DNA from: Octopus vulgaris
Taxonomy: Eukaryota
Direction: 5' to 3'
Assembly: GCA_951406725.2 (NCBI GenBank)
Contig: OX597815.1
Location: 181,226,001-181,290,000, forward strand
DNA: 64,000 bases
Each line of letters opens with the position of its first letter. The stretch's first letter is position 1. Shown in pieces: positions 1 through 12,735 of the stretch. The translations under genes were made by a program, and so were the position numbers. The notes beneath the pieces are model-generated. The model was not told the DNA's origin. It made no database searches and saw only the letters and a program-made list of their open reading frames with translations.

Positions 1-46
1 ACTTGTGTTAACATATTAATTGAGTCCTCTAAAATGTGGCTATACG

Positions 47-50
<4 letters not shown>

Positions 51-125
<75 letters not shown>

Positions 126-126
126 T
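51..126. repeat. (TA)n followed by (GA)n microsatellite; representative of dozens of TA/CA/GA tracts in the window
   Basis: Direct reading of the sequence. Confidence 0.98.
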
Positions 127-193
127 AGTTGGTTGGTTGGTCCTTATCGCTGAATCTTCTTTCATTTAGCCTTTACATTGTGTAACAGCAAAT

Positions 194-937
194 AATTACC
201 GCCACCTTCTCTAAGGTGGAGGTATTGTTTTCAGTCGTGTTTGTCTTTTGTTTCTTTGTCCGTGGACAAGATATCTCCAGAACTACTGAATGGATTCGGG
301 TGACATTTTCAGGGATATTTGGCCTCGTAGCTGGCACGAACTGATTAGATTTTGGGATCGGTCCGGCACCAGACAAGGATTCTGGATTATTTTGCCGATT
401 TTTTAACTTAATTTTTGAGAGCGGTCGGAGTCATTTTTAGTATTTTCGTTTGCAGAGCAGTCGAGTTTATTTCAGATATTCTCATTTTAAAAATCATCTC
501 TGACTAATCGTTGAGAGGACGTTGTTAACTTAATTTTTGAGAGCGGTCGGCGTCAATTTTAGTATTCTAGTTTGTGAGAGCAATCGAGTTTATTTCAGAT
601 ATTCTCATTTTAAAAATCATCTCTGACTAATCGTTGAGAGGACATTGTTAACTTAATTTTTGAGAGCGGTCGGCATCAATTTTAGTATTCTTGTTTGTGA
701 GAGCAATCGAGTTTATTTCAGATATTCTTATTTTAAAAATCATCTCTGACTAATCGTTGAGAGGACGTTGTTAACTTAATTTTTGAGAGCGGTCGGCGTC
801 AATTTTAGTATTCTTGTTTGTGAGAGCAATCGAGTTTATTTCAGATATTCTCATTTTAAAAATCATCTCTGACTAATCGTTGAGAGGACGTCGGTGTTGC
901 TTTGGCGGCGGTTTGCGCTGTATGAGTGCTCCTGTTA
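194..937 (+). mobile_element. Helentron-associated (HINE/DINE-1-like) non-autonomous element with four internal ~122-bp tandem repeats
   Basis: Starts ttattaccgccacc..aaggtggaggtattgttttc, followed by a gtttgt microsatellite block. Ends ttggcggcggtttgcgctgtatgagtgc (sub-terminal inverted repeat plus 3' stem-loop). The unit acttaatttttgagagcggtcgg...gactaatcgttgagaggacg recurs at ~406, 528, 651 and 775. Confidence 0.7.
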
Positions 938-1195
938 TAATTGGCTTCTTGTAGCATGCAGCATAATCGCTATGAAACCAATAATATGTTATCCTACAGA
1001 ATGAGCTTTCTTTAGTTCGTAAAACATCATACACGTAAATTGTTTCTATCCATTCTAGAGTCAAAGAAAGAATCCGTATGTTCGTATTTGAATAAGACTA
1101 TTGTAGCATATGAACTTATCTATAAAAAAAATGGATAGTTTTCTCCAATATAAAGGAACAAATCTTCTGCGAAAGGTTACAACGATATCTGTGTA

Positions 1196-1616
1196 TATTT
1201 ATTTCTTTATTGCCCACAAGGGGCTAAACATAGAGGGGACAAACAAGGACAGACAAAGGGATTTAGTCGATTATATCGACCCCAGTGCGTAACTGGTACT
1301 TATTTAATCGACCCTGAAAGGATGACAGGCAATATCAACCTCGGCGGAATTTGAACTCAGAACGTAGCGGCAGACGAAATACCTATTTCTTTACTACCCA
1401 CAAGGGGCTAAACACAGGGAGGACAAACAAGGACAGGCAAAGGGATTTAGTCGATTACATCGACCCCAGTGCGTAACTGGTACTTATTTAATCGACCCCG
1501 AAAGTATGAAAGGCAAAATCGACCTCGGCGGAATTTGAACTCAGAACGTAATGGAAGACAAAATACTGCTAAGCATTTCGCCCGGCGTGCTAACGTTTCT
1601 GCTAGCTCGCCGCCCT
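1196..1616 (-). mobile_element. tRNA-derived SINE family A, body duplicated in tandem
   Basis: Minus strand head ggcggcgagctagcagaaacgttagc, B-box gagttcaaattcc, Nin-like core gcctttcatcctttcggggtcgataaattaagtaccag. More than 20 copies in the window. Confidence 0.9.
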
Positions 1617-2249
1617 AAATCTGTGTATATTCCACCTAAAAATTAAGCGAAACTGGTTTCTTCTATTCTTGCTAAATGTAAACCAGTGGTTCTCGTCCAT
1701 TTTTACCTTATGAACCTCTTCGATTCTTACTTTTCTTGGGCTAACCCCCATAACCGTTACATGTTTAAAAAAATATCCTATAGTATTTCTTCAATTAAGC
1801 ATTTTTAGGAATTGTATAAAAAAATTGCTTAAAATACTTTTTGCATTGTAAAAATATAAGCGATTTATTGCACAAAATGAACTTCGCCACCCTAAGAAGT
1901 GAGCACGTGACCGATTTTCTTTTTATTTGAGGTGGGCATGTACATGTTATTTATTTAGTCTGCAGTCACAAGGCGGCGAGCTGGCAGAATCGTTAGCACG
2001 CCGTCGTTCGTGTTTTATTGAGTTAGTGAGTTGGAAAAGTATCCGCTCCTTGTGAGTACCCTTTTTGTTTGACTGTTGTTTATTGAATTGTTGGATTGTT
2101 GTTGCCTGTTGAACTTGTTACTGTTTGTTTTTTTTTAGTTTTCTTCCCCATTTATGGGTGAAGTCGTGAATAATATGGAAAGTACACCTGTGCAAACGCG
2201 CATGCTGCGGTGACTGGCAAAAGCCTGTCAGCGGAGGGATGCAAGTCAA

Positions 2250-2760
2250 AGACATTAAAATACAGGACAAAGACTTAAAAAAATACAATGATTTATTAAG
2301 AAAGGAGGGAGATAGCCTGAGGTTGACGTCCCCCCAAAGAAGTAACAGATAAAACGGAGAAGGTAATGATTGTGTACAGAATATTAAAAATTGCAACAAA
2401 AAAGGTCGAAGTAGCAGCGGTCGAGGAGTGCCTCAGAGAAATTAAGAACGTAATGACGTACTACACCGGAGGAAGGAAATACGGCACAGTGGAGGTACAC
2501 TTCGTGATTGAAGAAGAAGCGAGAAAATACACAACTGTGCTTTGAGATCAGCGGAGTGGGCACTGCTGCCGACTTACTGTGGAAAACGTGCGGCCAGAGT
2601 AAGAATAGGTAAAGTTCCGCCAGAAATTGATGAGGCGTGGCTGGTGGAAGCCATCCTCTTCAACACAGAGGAGGACACTGAGATAATAAAAATATCAAGA
2701 ATTACGGAGGTGAACTGCTGGGGGTATGGACTAGAGGTATTGGTTCATATAAGCATGTCC
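2250..2760 (+). pseudogene. Frameshifted ORF1 (gag/RRM-like) remnant of an L1/Tx1-like LINE
   Basis: Manual translation ...RKYGTVEVHFVIEEEARKY(fs)...YCGKRAARVRIGKVPPEIDEAWL resembles LINE ORF1 RRM motifs. The resemblance is weak. Confidence 0.4.
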
Positions 2761-2951
2761 AATTAGTTGTGTCCAATTAGTCCAGCGTATATTACAAGGA
2801 GCAGTTTTTAATTAACGTCCATGAACTAACAGAAAGGTAACTTCGCCTTCTGTTAACACCTTCTTTAACAAAACGTAGGTCTGTGTTTGCAAAAGTAATA
2901 ATAGTATCGGATATATAATGAAGACTTACGAAAATTCAATAATATACGTTT

Positions 2952-3475
2952 TCTGAGTTCCATGGTTGTGAAGTGTGGCCATACGTGAAGCTAGTAATAG
3001 AAGGCTGAAGTAGTAAAATCCGTGAAAATTAGTGACACTATTTGCTTTATTCGCGGTAGAATTATTATTATTCCACCTTGTGTGAAGTGAGGGCAGTGTT
3101 AGCAATAACTAGAAGAGCAACATGACAGGCTGCTTCACAAATGTTGGAAGCTTACCTCTTGGAGTATAATGATTTTTTTTAATGAAATACTCTCCTTCTT
3201 GTAAATCATACACTTAAACGTTTATCCAGCTGTCGTTTAAGTGTATGATTTACAAGGAGAGTATTTCATAAAGAAAATCAATACACTCATAAAAGTAAGT
3301 TTCCGAAGTAACCTGTTACGTTGCTCTTCTAGTTATTACTAACACTGCTCTCTCTTCACACAAGGTGGAAGAATAATAATTCTACCGCAAGGCAAATAGT
3401 GTCACTAATTTTATCACATCAGCCATCTATTACTAGCTTCACGAACAGCCACACTTCACAACCATGGAACTCAGA
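2952..3475. repeat. Long imperfect inverted repeat (arms ~250-270 bp, ~13-nt spacer)
   Basis: tctgagttccatggttgtgaagtgtggc at 2952 is the reverse complement of gccacacttcacaaccatggaactcaga ending at 3475. Symmetry continues inward to 3220/3234. Confidence 0.92.
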
Positions 3476-4310
3476 TCATGACCTTCTTCTCCTTGGTGTT
3501 CGCCTTTTTCCATTGTTGAAAATGAGAAGAACCGAGACCCTGCCTACCTTTGTATGTAATTCTAATGATGTTGCGTAGCTCCAGCATCCTTTCAGCCTGT
3601 GCGACTGTGGTGCTAGCTACCCACTTTCGCCCGGATCTTGTGATACCTGCTTGTCTTACACGCTGATCCCGTGAGTCCATGTACATCATTACGACTCTAC
3701 ATTTCGCGACTTTGAACTCATCCACTACTGATAATAGGGGAAGTTCTAAATCCCCGGATCTTATGTACAGCCCTATTGAAGTGAAGCTTGAAGTGACATC
3801 TACCCACCTTTGGGAATATTTGTTTACCTTCCTCTCAAGCCTTTCTACTTTTGTCATTAGAATCTCATACACCGTCAATAACCCTATGAGCGTTGGTAGC
3901 AGTCCGTGTTGGTAGAACCATGTATTTTCTTGGAAACCCCGATCTTTCATCCCTCCGCATCCACTCTTTCTTCTTAGTATTAGTGACATTGCTTCTGTCA
4001 GAGAGTGGATTGTCAAACCACATTCCAAGGCATTTGATTGAATTTTCCTTTCTTGATGGAATAACTTCTCCTTACACTTGCAGCTTGATTTTGTTTCTTA
4101 ATTTGTCTCTCCTAATCACCATACACCTTGACTTATTCGGCTTAAACTTCATTGTCGCTATATTCTCAGGTAAAGTCAACACTCTTTCCGCCTCCACATG
4201 TGTTGTGTGTGTTGCTATAAGATCATCCACGGGAATAAAGAAATATATAAATCTAAATAAAGAAATATATAAGATCATTCATGGAACCACTTGTTGGATG
4301 TTGCCCTTTT
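3476..4310 (-). pseudogene. Degenerate Hero (R2-superfamily) non-LTR retrotransposon RT/thumb fragment
   Basis: WFYQHGLLP..VYEI..KVERLERKVNKY..RW..LY..LELP..VDEFKVAK..RSGRKW..GRQGLG and MKFKPNKSRCMVI match Hero-clade ORF motifs; frameshifted. Confidence 0.8.
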
Positions 4311-4711
4311 GCAATCAAACACCCTGAAATGAATTTTTGAACTTTGGCCTCAGCTCGATGTCATTTTATAAGTGAAACCAGTTCTTCCTCCATTATCCTT
4401 GTTTCCTCATTATTGATTCCTAGGAATAATCCAGACTGGTATTTTAAGCAAAAATAGATATCCCGAAGTTTGTTAGACGTCTGTGCAGGTGTGAACAATA
4501 CACTTAGGCAGAAATTCCGCTGAGGTCGACTTTACTATTCATCCTCTCAGTTTAGAGAAAATAAATATCAACTGAACACTAGGGTCAATGTAATCAATCT
4601 GTCTCCTCCCTTGAAATTGCGGGCCTTGTGCCAACGAATTTAAATCACCATTATCGAACTTCACACATTAGTAGTTCCATAACTTACTTGGAAAGAAGAA
4701 TTATTATTTGA

Positions 4712-4940
4712 AGGCGGCGAGCTGGCAGAAACGTTAGCACGTCGGGCGAAATGCTTAGCGGTATTTCGTCTGCCGTTGTGAGTTCAAATTCCGCCGAGGT
4801 CGACTTTGCCTTTCATCCTTTCGGGATCGATAAATTAAGTACCAGTAACGCACTGGGGTCGATGTAATCGATGTAATCCGTTTGTCTGTCCTTGTTTGTC
4901 TCCTCTATGTTTAGCCCCTTGTATGTAATACAGAAATATA
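4712..4940 (+). mobile_element. SINE family A
   Basis: ggcggcgagctggcagaaacgttagc head, Nin-like core, tail ending cagaaata. Confidence 0.9.
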
Positions 4941-5667
4941 TTATTTGAAGATTTCCTCTTCCTATCTTGTGTCTAGGGTAAGTTAGTCGAAGAGACCTAT
5001 CTATTCCCTCCCTTCTTTTTTGCATGTCTGCCTGTCTGACTCCCTCCTCTGCTTCTCCTACCTCTCTCTCTTGCGCACGCCACACACACACACACATACA
5101 CACACACATACACACGCTCACTCACACATGCACGCACCCTATCAAGAGAGGTTTTGAATTTAGCAAAGCAGGTTAGCGAAATATACTCTGTGTATAATAC
5201 TACACTCCCGCATTAACTGTGCTAAATAAACATTTTCAACGAACGAAGCAAAGCATTTCATATTTGGGAGACGGCTAAATGAGATTTAAGTAACTTGGTC
5301 ATAAACAAACTGGCAACCTTTCGGTCAAAAAGCCAAGCTCTGCCGATTCGGTTAATTGTGATTTAACGGACATAAAAAGAAATCACAGAGAAATCAGAAA
5401 GACGAAAAATATATGGAAATGACGACGAGCTAAATAAAGGGAAAACATGAAATAAATGAGATGAAGGAAAAAATGAGATGAAATGTCAATGTATTTTTAA
5501 ACACAGGCATTTTTATTGTGTTTTATTGTGTTTTATTGCATTTATCTTTTAGCAAGTCTCTGAATATTGAGTCTAAGTCGTTTGGCTTTCCTTCATTGAT
5601 AATAAGGGAAAAGGGTCAGACTTGGTCAGATAGTATTTTGTATGTTAAATAGGAGTGGTAAAGTAGT

Positions 5668-5731
<64 letters not shown>

Positions 5732-6093
5732 AAAAGTGTTAATGGTAAATTAGAGCGTGTGGTGTGCTACATACAAGAAAAAAAAAGTCAAGCAGATTTA
5801 ATGAGAAAATGGGAACGGGTCTGGGAGAATAGAGAATGAGAGAGGAGGTAGAGAATGAAAGGAAGAGAGAAAGAGGAAAAACAAATCCGCGAACAGGGGA
5901 GAAGGAATAAAATCTGAAGCGAAAATGATGGAAAGCGCAGAAACGAACGAATTCATCCGACAACCTAACACACACATGAATATATGGCGATATGCACCAC
6001 TACACTCACACATAAACACAAACATATCTATGTCTGTATCTGTCTATCTTTTATCTTTATTCTTTCTCTTTGTCCCTCTGTCTGTGTGTCTCA

Positions 6094-6131
<38 letters not shown>

Positions 6132-6249
6132 GGAGAGAGAAGGTGGTTGGGCTTCGCTCCCCCTGCTAACAATATATAGTATATAAAGGTTGCAGAGTCG
6201 CACCGATAACCAGCTGGCGGAGAATGTGCCTGGGGTTAAACTAGTATAC

Positions 6250-6460
6250 TCTTTTACTCTTTTACTTGTTTCAGTCATTTGACTGCGGCCATGCTGGAGC
6301 ACTGTCTTTATAAGTCGAGCAAATCGACCCCAGAGCTTATTCTTTGTAAGCCTAGTACTTAGTATATTGGTTTCTTTTGCCGAACTGTTAAGTTACGAGG
6401 ACGTAAACACACCAGCATCGGTTGTCAAGCGATGTTGGGGAGACAAACATAGACACACAA

Positions 6461-6524
<64 letters not shown>

Positions 6525-6720
6525 GTATACATATATATATATATATATATACGTACACGACGGACCTCTTCCAGTTTCCATCCACCAAATCCACCCACAA
6601 GGCCTTGGTCAGCCCGAGGCTATAGTAGAAGACACTTGTCTAAGGTGCCACACAGTGGGACTGAACCCAGGACCATGTGATTGGTAAGCAAGCAAACCCA
6701 CCACACAACCACTTCTGCGC

Positions 6721-6722
<2 letters not shown>
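6250..6722 (-). mobile_element. tRNA-derived SINE family B (CORE/V-like domain, internal TA/CA microsatellite)
   Basis: Minus strand ggcgcagaagtggttgtgtgg...gggttcagtcccactgtgtggcacct, tail (aagagtaa)n. About 15 copies in the window. Confidence 0.88.
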
Positions 6723-6776
<54 letters not shown>

Positions 6777-6809
6777 ATATATATATATGTGTGTGTGTAT
6801 ATATATGAT

Positions 6810-7209
6810 TAAATAATGAGGGTAGAATTTGATATCGATCAATTAACATCAATTTAAGCCAGTGGTCTAGCATATTTTAAAAAATCCGAAGATTTAAAAG
6901 TTATTTTACAATTAATAAGAGGAATGACCACTAAAGTGGATTCCTAATATGCTAATGATAGACGTCAAATCGCGACAGACTACGCTGAAGAGATGCAGAT
7001 ATTTGCATTTTGCAAGTGTTAACAATGAAATCATGATACGTAGGTAATCGTTTTATTTTGTATATTTTCATTTGTCTTGTTCATTTTTGCATTCTGGGGT
7101 TTTTGCTGAGATTTTTCTTGAGAACACACTCTTCGTGGTAAGGCGATTTGACATTTATCTTTAGCATATTAGGAATCCACTTGATTGGTCATTACTCTTA
7201 TTAATTGTA

Positions 7210-7210
<1 letters not shown>
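6810..7210 (+). mobile_element. Short fold-back element (68-bp inverted arms 6906-6973 / 7143-7210) enclosing a hammerhead motif
   Basis: ttacaattaataagaggaatgacc...gacgtcaaatcgc pairs with gcgatttgac...ttattaattgtaa. Flanked by (TA)n. A partial copy lies at 22160-22310. Confidence 0.75.
6980..7043 (+). ncRNA. Type I hammerhead ribozyme-like motif
   Basis: ctacg-CTGAAGA-...-GAAA-tcatga-TA-cgtag: 5-bp stem I and palindromic stem III. Stem II is poorly formed. Confidence 0.55.
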
Positions 7211-7244
<34 letters not shown>

Positions 7245-7329
7245 ACCGGACGAAATGTCGCTAAGCATTTTGCCCGGCGCACTAACGATTCTGCCAGCTC
7301 GCAGCCATTATGGCAAATTAATACTCTGT

Positions 7330-7531
7330 TCAAATTTTGGCACAAGGCCAGCAATTTCGAGGAAAGGAGTAAGTCAATTACATCAACCGTAGTGCTCTAC
7401 TGGTACTTATTTTAACGACCCCAAAAAGATGAAAGGCAAAGTCGACCTCGGCGGAATTTGAACTCAGATTCTAATGACAAGCGAAATACCGAAAAGTGTT
7501 TTGCCCGGCGTGCTAACGATTCCGCCGCCTT
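7330..7531 (-). mobile_element. SINE family A (alternative tail)
   Basis: gatgaaaggcaaagtcgacctcggcggaatttgaactc. Confidence 0.85.
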
Positions 7532-7889
7532 ATGGTAAGTTGATATTAATAAAGAGATTAACAACTGCTTTTATTTACTCGCAAATACAGAAGATAATTC
7601 AGAGCATGTTTGGTTCTTATCTGACAACATCAACGATTCATAAACCTCACTGACCCTGCCAGAGTAGAGATGAACAACTACGTATTGAAATAAGAAATTT
7701 GTTTTTTCCTAGAGGTTAAATAATTCAGTAATGACTGGCATTTCTGAGATTTTACTTCACTGTAAATAGGTTAATTCAACATGTCTAAAGAAAATAACGA
7801 TATTTTGGTTGAAGAAATATGTTTCAGAATGCTGTCAAGTTAAAAACCTTAGACATTTGAGTAAAAATTAAATGGAAGCAAGAAAGATT

Positions 7890-8245
7890 TCAAAATGGAC
7901 GTGTGTTGTAGTATTAGGATATTAGTCATAAAAGTGGATTCCGCTAAGGGCACCCAATATTTACTAATGATTAATTACAACGGAGAGACGTAGTAATAGC
8001 TAACTCTATGGAAAAACTTAGTTCTGAGCAGATTAGATTACTGCTCACACCTTTGGTCTTCAAATTCACCTGGTCTCATAGAAGAAATTGAAGGGATACA
8101 AAGAACATCGACCAGTAAAATAACTTTGGTTAATGATCTTAATTACTGGGAACGCCTGAAAACTCTGCGTCTCTACTCTCTTGAATGACGAAGAGAGAGA
8201 TATACTATTATATACGTATGGGAGATCCTGGAGGGGCATATTCCA
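7890..8245 (+). pseudogene. Degenerate CR1-group LINE ORF2 C-terminal fragment
   Basis: WKNLVLSRLDYCSHLWS..IEGIQRT..NYWERLKTLRLYSLE*RRERYTIIYVWEILEG, homologous to the ORF at 11300-11530. Confidence 0.75.
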
Positions 8246-8666
8246 AACGTCGGCATTAAAGCGAATTTTAATGCTCAAAATACACACACATGTATATACG
8301 ACAAGCTTTTTCCAGTTTCCGTTTACCAAATCCACTCACCAGGCTTTCGTCGGCCTAAGTCTATAGCCGAAGGCACTTGCCCAAAGTACCACGTAGTAGG
8401 ACTGAACTCCGAATCCTATAGTTGGGAAGCAAGCTTCTTACCACACAGCCACAACTCATGATGAGACAAACTACAAGAAGCATTGTAGTAAGCGTTACCT
8501 GGGGTAAGGGTTAAAACAAAATCAGTTTTAGTGTACAGTCATGACTCGATCAATGAAAACTCCAGCCTCCGTCCCAAATGACATCGAGAAAGCAAGAAGC
8601 GAATAAAGTAACCCTCAAATAGTGGTTTCGGTCAGTTTTCTCAATATGTATGTAAACGCAGTTATA

Positions 8667-8760
8667 TAGTAATACCGCGCCATATCGCGGTTCACCTATC
8701 GCGGTTCACCTATCGCGGGGGTTTTGGAACGTAATACCCACGACAGACAAGGGATTACTC
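8667..8760. mobile_element. Small Tigger/pogo-like MITE (related pieces at 12082-12163 and 31685-31765)
   Basis: agtaat...ttcacctatcgcgg...ggaacgtaa...agggattact ends, shared by three loci. Confidence 0.55.
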
Positions 8761-8772
8761 TGTGTGTGTGTG

Positions 8773-8851
<79 letters not shown>

Positions 8852-8855
<4 letters not shown>

Positions 8856-9989
8856 GAAATGAAGAAAATGCTGACAAAATAATTTAAGTAAGGGAGAGTG
8901 TATTTAATTAGGTGAATGTGCTTTTTACCGGTTGCGCATTTGTTATGCTTATCAAAAGATATTTTTTTAAGAGAGATAGAGTTCCTTTCTGATAGATTTT
9001 TTTCTCTTATCTGACTTTATGTTGGGTTTGCTGTCTCTTATATGTGAAAAAAGAGGCTCCAGAGTTGTTTAAGATTTGCTTGGTTTCGCGCCTAAAATTT
9101 CTTGTGGACAATGGTCAATACAATTTTGATTGGTCATTATAAAGGGGTCACGTGAATGTTTGAATGGAAGTTGGTGTTGGGGTAAGAAAATAGGCTCCAG
9201 AGATGTTAAAATTTGGCTAGTGTCGCGCCTAAAATTTCTTATTGGTCATAATAAAGAGGTCACGTAGATGTGGTCATAATAGAGAGGTCACGTGAATGTT
9301 TACAATGAATGTTGCTGTGGGTGGTGTATGGAGTTTTCGAAAATAGTATTGCTGAAAATTCTTATTGTTCAGGCTGGTCAGTAGACGTCATGTGGATATT
9401 TTAAATAGCTTTTTAGAGCGTAGTTAAGGAGTGTATTTTCCGCTTGACTGAATTTGAGCTGGATAAGTAAGTTCGTTTAGGACAGGAAGAGCTATATGTA
9501 TGTATGTGTGAGCGCGCGCGCGCGCGCGCGCGCGTGTGTGTGTGTGTGTTTATAAGTATGTTGGGGCGCGCGCGCGGTGTATATATATGTGTGCGTGTGT
9601 GGGTACAATTTTCAATATTTATAGTTCTGCTGGCCTTGTGCCTGTATCGGGAAGCAACGTGTTTGTGTGAAGTCAATATTTACAGTCATTTCCCAAAAAT
9701 AGTGTTGGATGTTTTGCACCCGTATCAAATTATGTGTATGTGTGGAACCATATATTTGCGTGTGTCATGGTGTTAATATCTGGGTAAAAGTGTGTGTAGG
9801 GTGTGTGCAGGTGTAAGTGTGTTTGTTGTGGGTTCGTGTTAGGGGGATGTGTTTAGAAGTGGTCTGTATTTATTAATAAGGTGGGATTCCATGGTTATTC
9901 GCTGGGTATGAGTGGCATTGTCTTTAAATTTGTAGAGGGAAAGATTCTAAAATTGGGATGAAGTTGTGCGGCACAGGTATCAATATGTG

Positions 9990-9992
<3 letters not shown>
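8852..9992 (-). mobile_element. 3' remnant of a Penelope-like element (GIY-YIG C-terminus + pLTR with decayed hammerhead at 8921-8958), inserted in (TA)n
   Basis: Minus translation HIDTCAAQLHPNFRIFP..YKFKDNATHTQRITMESHLINKYRPLLN. Decayed core ttgataa-gcat-aacaa-atgc-gcaa-ccgg-ta. Confidence 0.7.
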
Positions 9993-10054
<62 letters not shown>

Positions 10055-10058
<4 letters not shown>

Positions 10059-10275
10059 TTCTTTATTGCCCACAAGGGGCTAAACACAGAGGGGACAAAC
10101 AAGGACAGACAAACGGATCAAATCGATTACATCGACCCCAGTGCGTAACTGGTACTTATTTTATGGACCCCGAAAGGCAAAGTCGACCTCGGCTGAATGT
10201 GAACTCATAACGTAACGGCAGACCAAATACTGCTAAGAATTTCGCCCGGCGTGCTAACGATTCTGCCAGCTCACC

Positions 10276-10279
<4 letters not shown>
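10055..10279 (-). mobile_element. SINE family A
   Basis: Full head-core-tail on the minus strand. Confidence 0.9.
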
Positions 10280-10372
<93 letters not shown>

Positions 10373-10378
10373 GTATAT

Positions 10379-11969
<1,591 letters not shown>

Positions 11970-12367
11970 TACATACATCGCAATTTATTATTTAAGCTTA
12001 TGCCGATTCCTCCGTGGTGTTGTTTGGCAGTTACAATAAAATATATACAAATTATAAAAATAATTTTAAAAAAAATGCAGTACAGTACTGTTTCTACTTC
12101 GCGGATTTTCACCTATCGCGGCGGTTTTGGAACGTAACATCCGTGATATTCGAGGGATTACTGAACTCGATTATCTACAAGATCCTTCTCCTGCACTACT
12201 AAATTCTATTGCATTACACTTTCACCACGCATTAAGCTACATACGTTTGTTGATGCCTTTTCTGCTAGACAGTTATAATTAAATTCTGATGTTGGCAAAT
12301 AACAGAACATCTAGAGGAGGATAAAATAAGGACGCTGCATTGAGCAATTGGTTATATAACACCCACT

Positions 12368-12735
12368 GGAGGCGCTGTGGCCCAGTGGTTAGGGCAGCGG
12401 ATTCGCGGTCGTAGGATCGCGGTTTCGATTCCCAGACCAGGCGTTGTGAGTGTTTATTGAGCGAAAACACCTAAAGCTCCACGAGGCTCCGACAGGGAGT
12501 GGTGGCGAACACTGCCGTATTCTTTCATCACAACTTTCTTTCACTCTTTCTTCCTGTTTCTGTTGTACTTGTATTTTCAAAGGCCCAGCCTTGTCACACT
12601 GAATGTCCCAGAGAACTACGTTAAGGGTACACGCATCTGTGGAGTACTCAGCCACTTGCATGTTAATTTCACGAGCAGGCTGTTCCGTTGATCGGATCGA
12701 CTAGAACCCTCGTCGTCGTAACCAACTGAGTGCCA
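12368..12735 (+). mobile_element. tRNA-derived SINE family C
   Basis: ggaggcgctgtggcccagtggttagggcagcgg...ggtttcgattccc (A and B boxes), tail cgtcgtcgtaacc. Copies at 24009, 26225, 29689 and 32190. Confidence 0.88.

Noticed and set aside
405-893. Regular repeats resembling a CRISPR array
   Set aside because: Whole units repeat with no unique spacers; eukaryotic context and no cas genes
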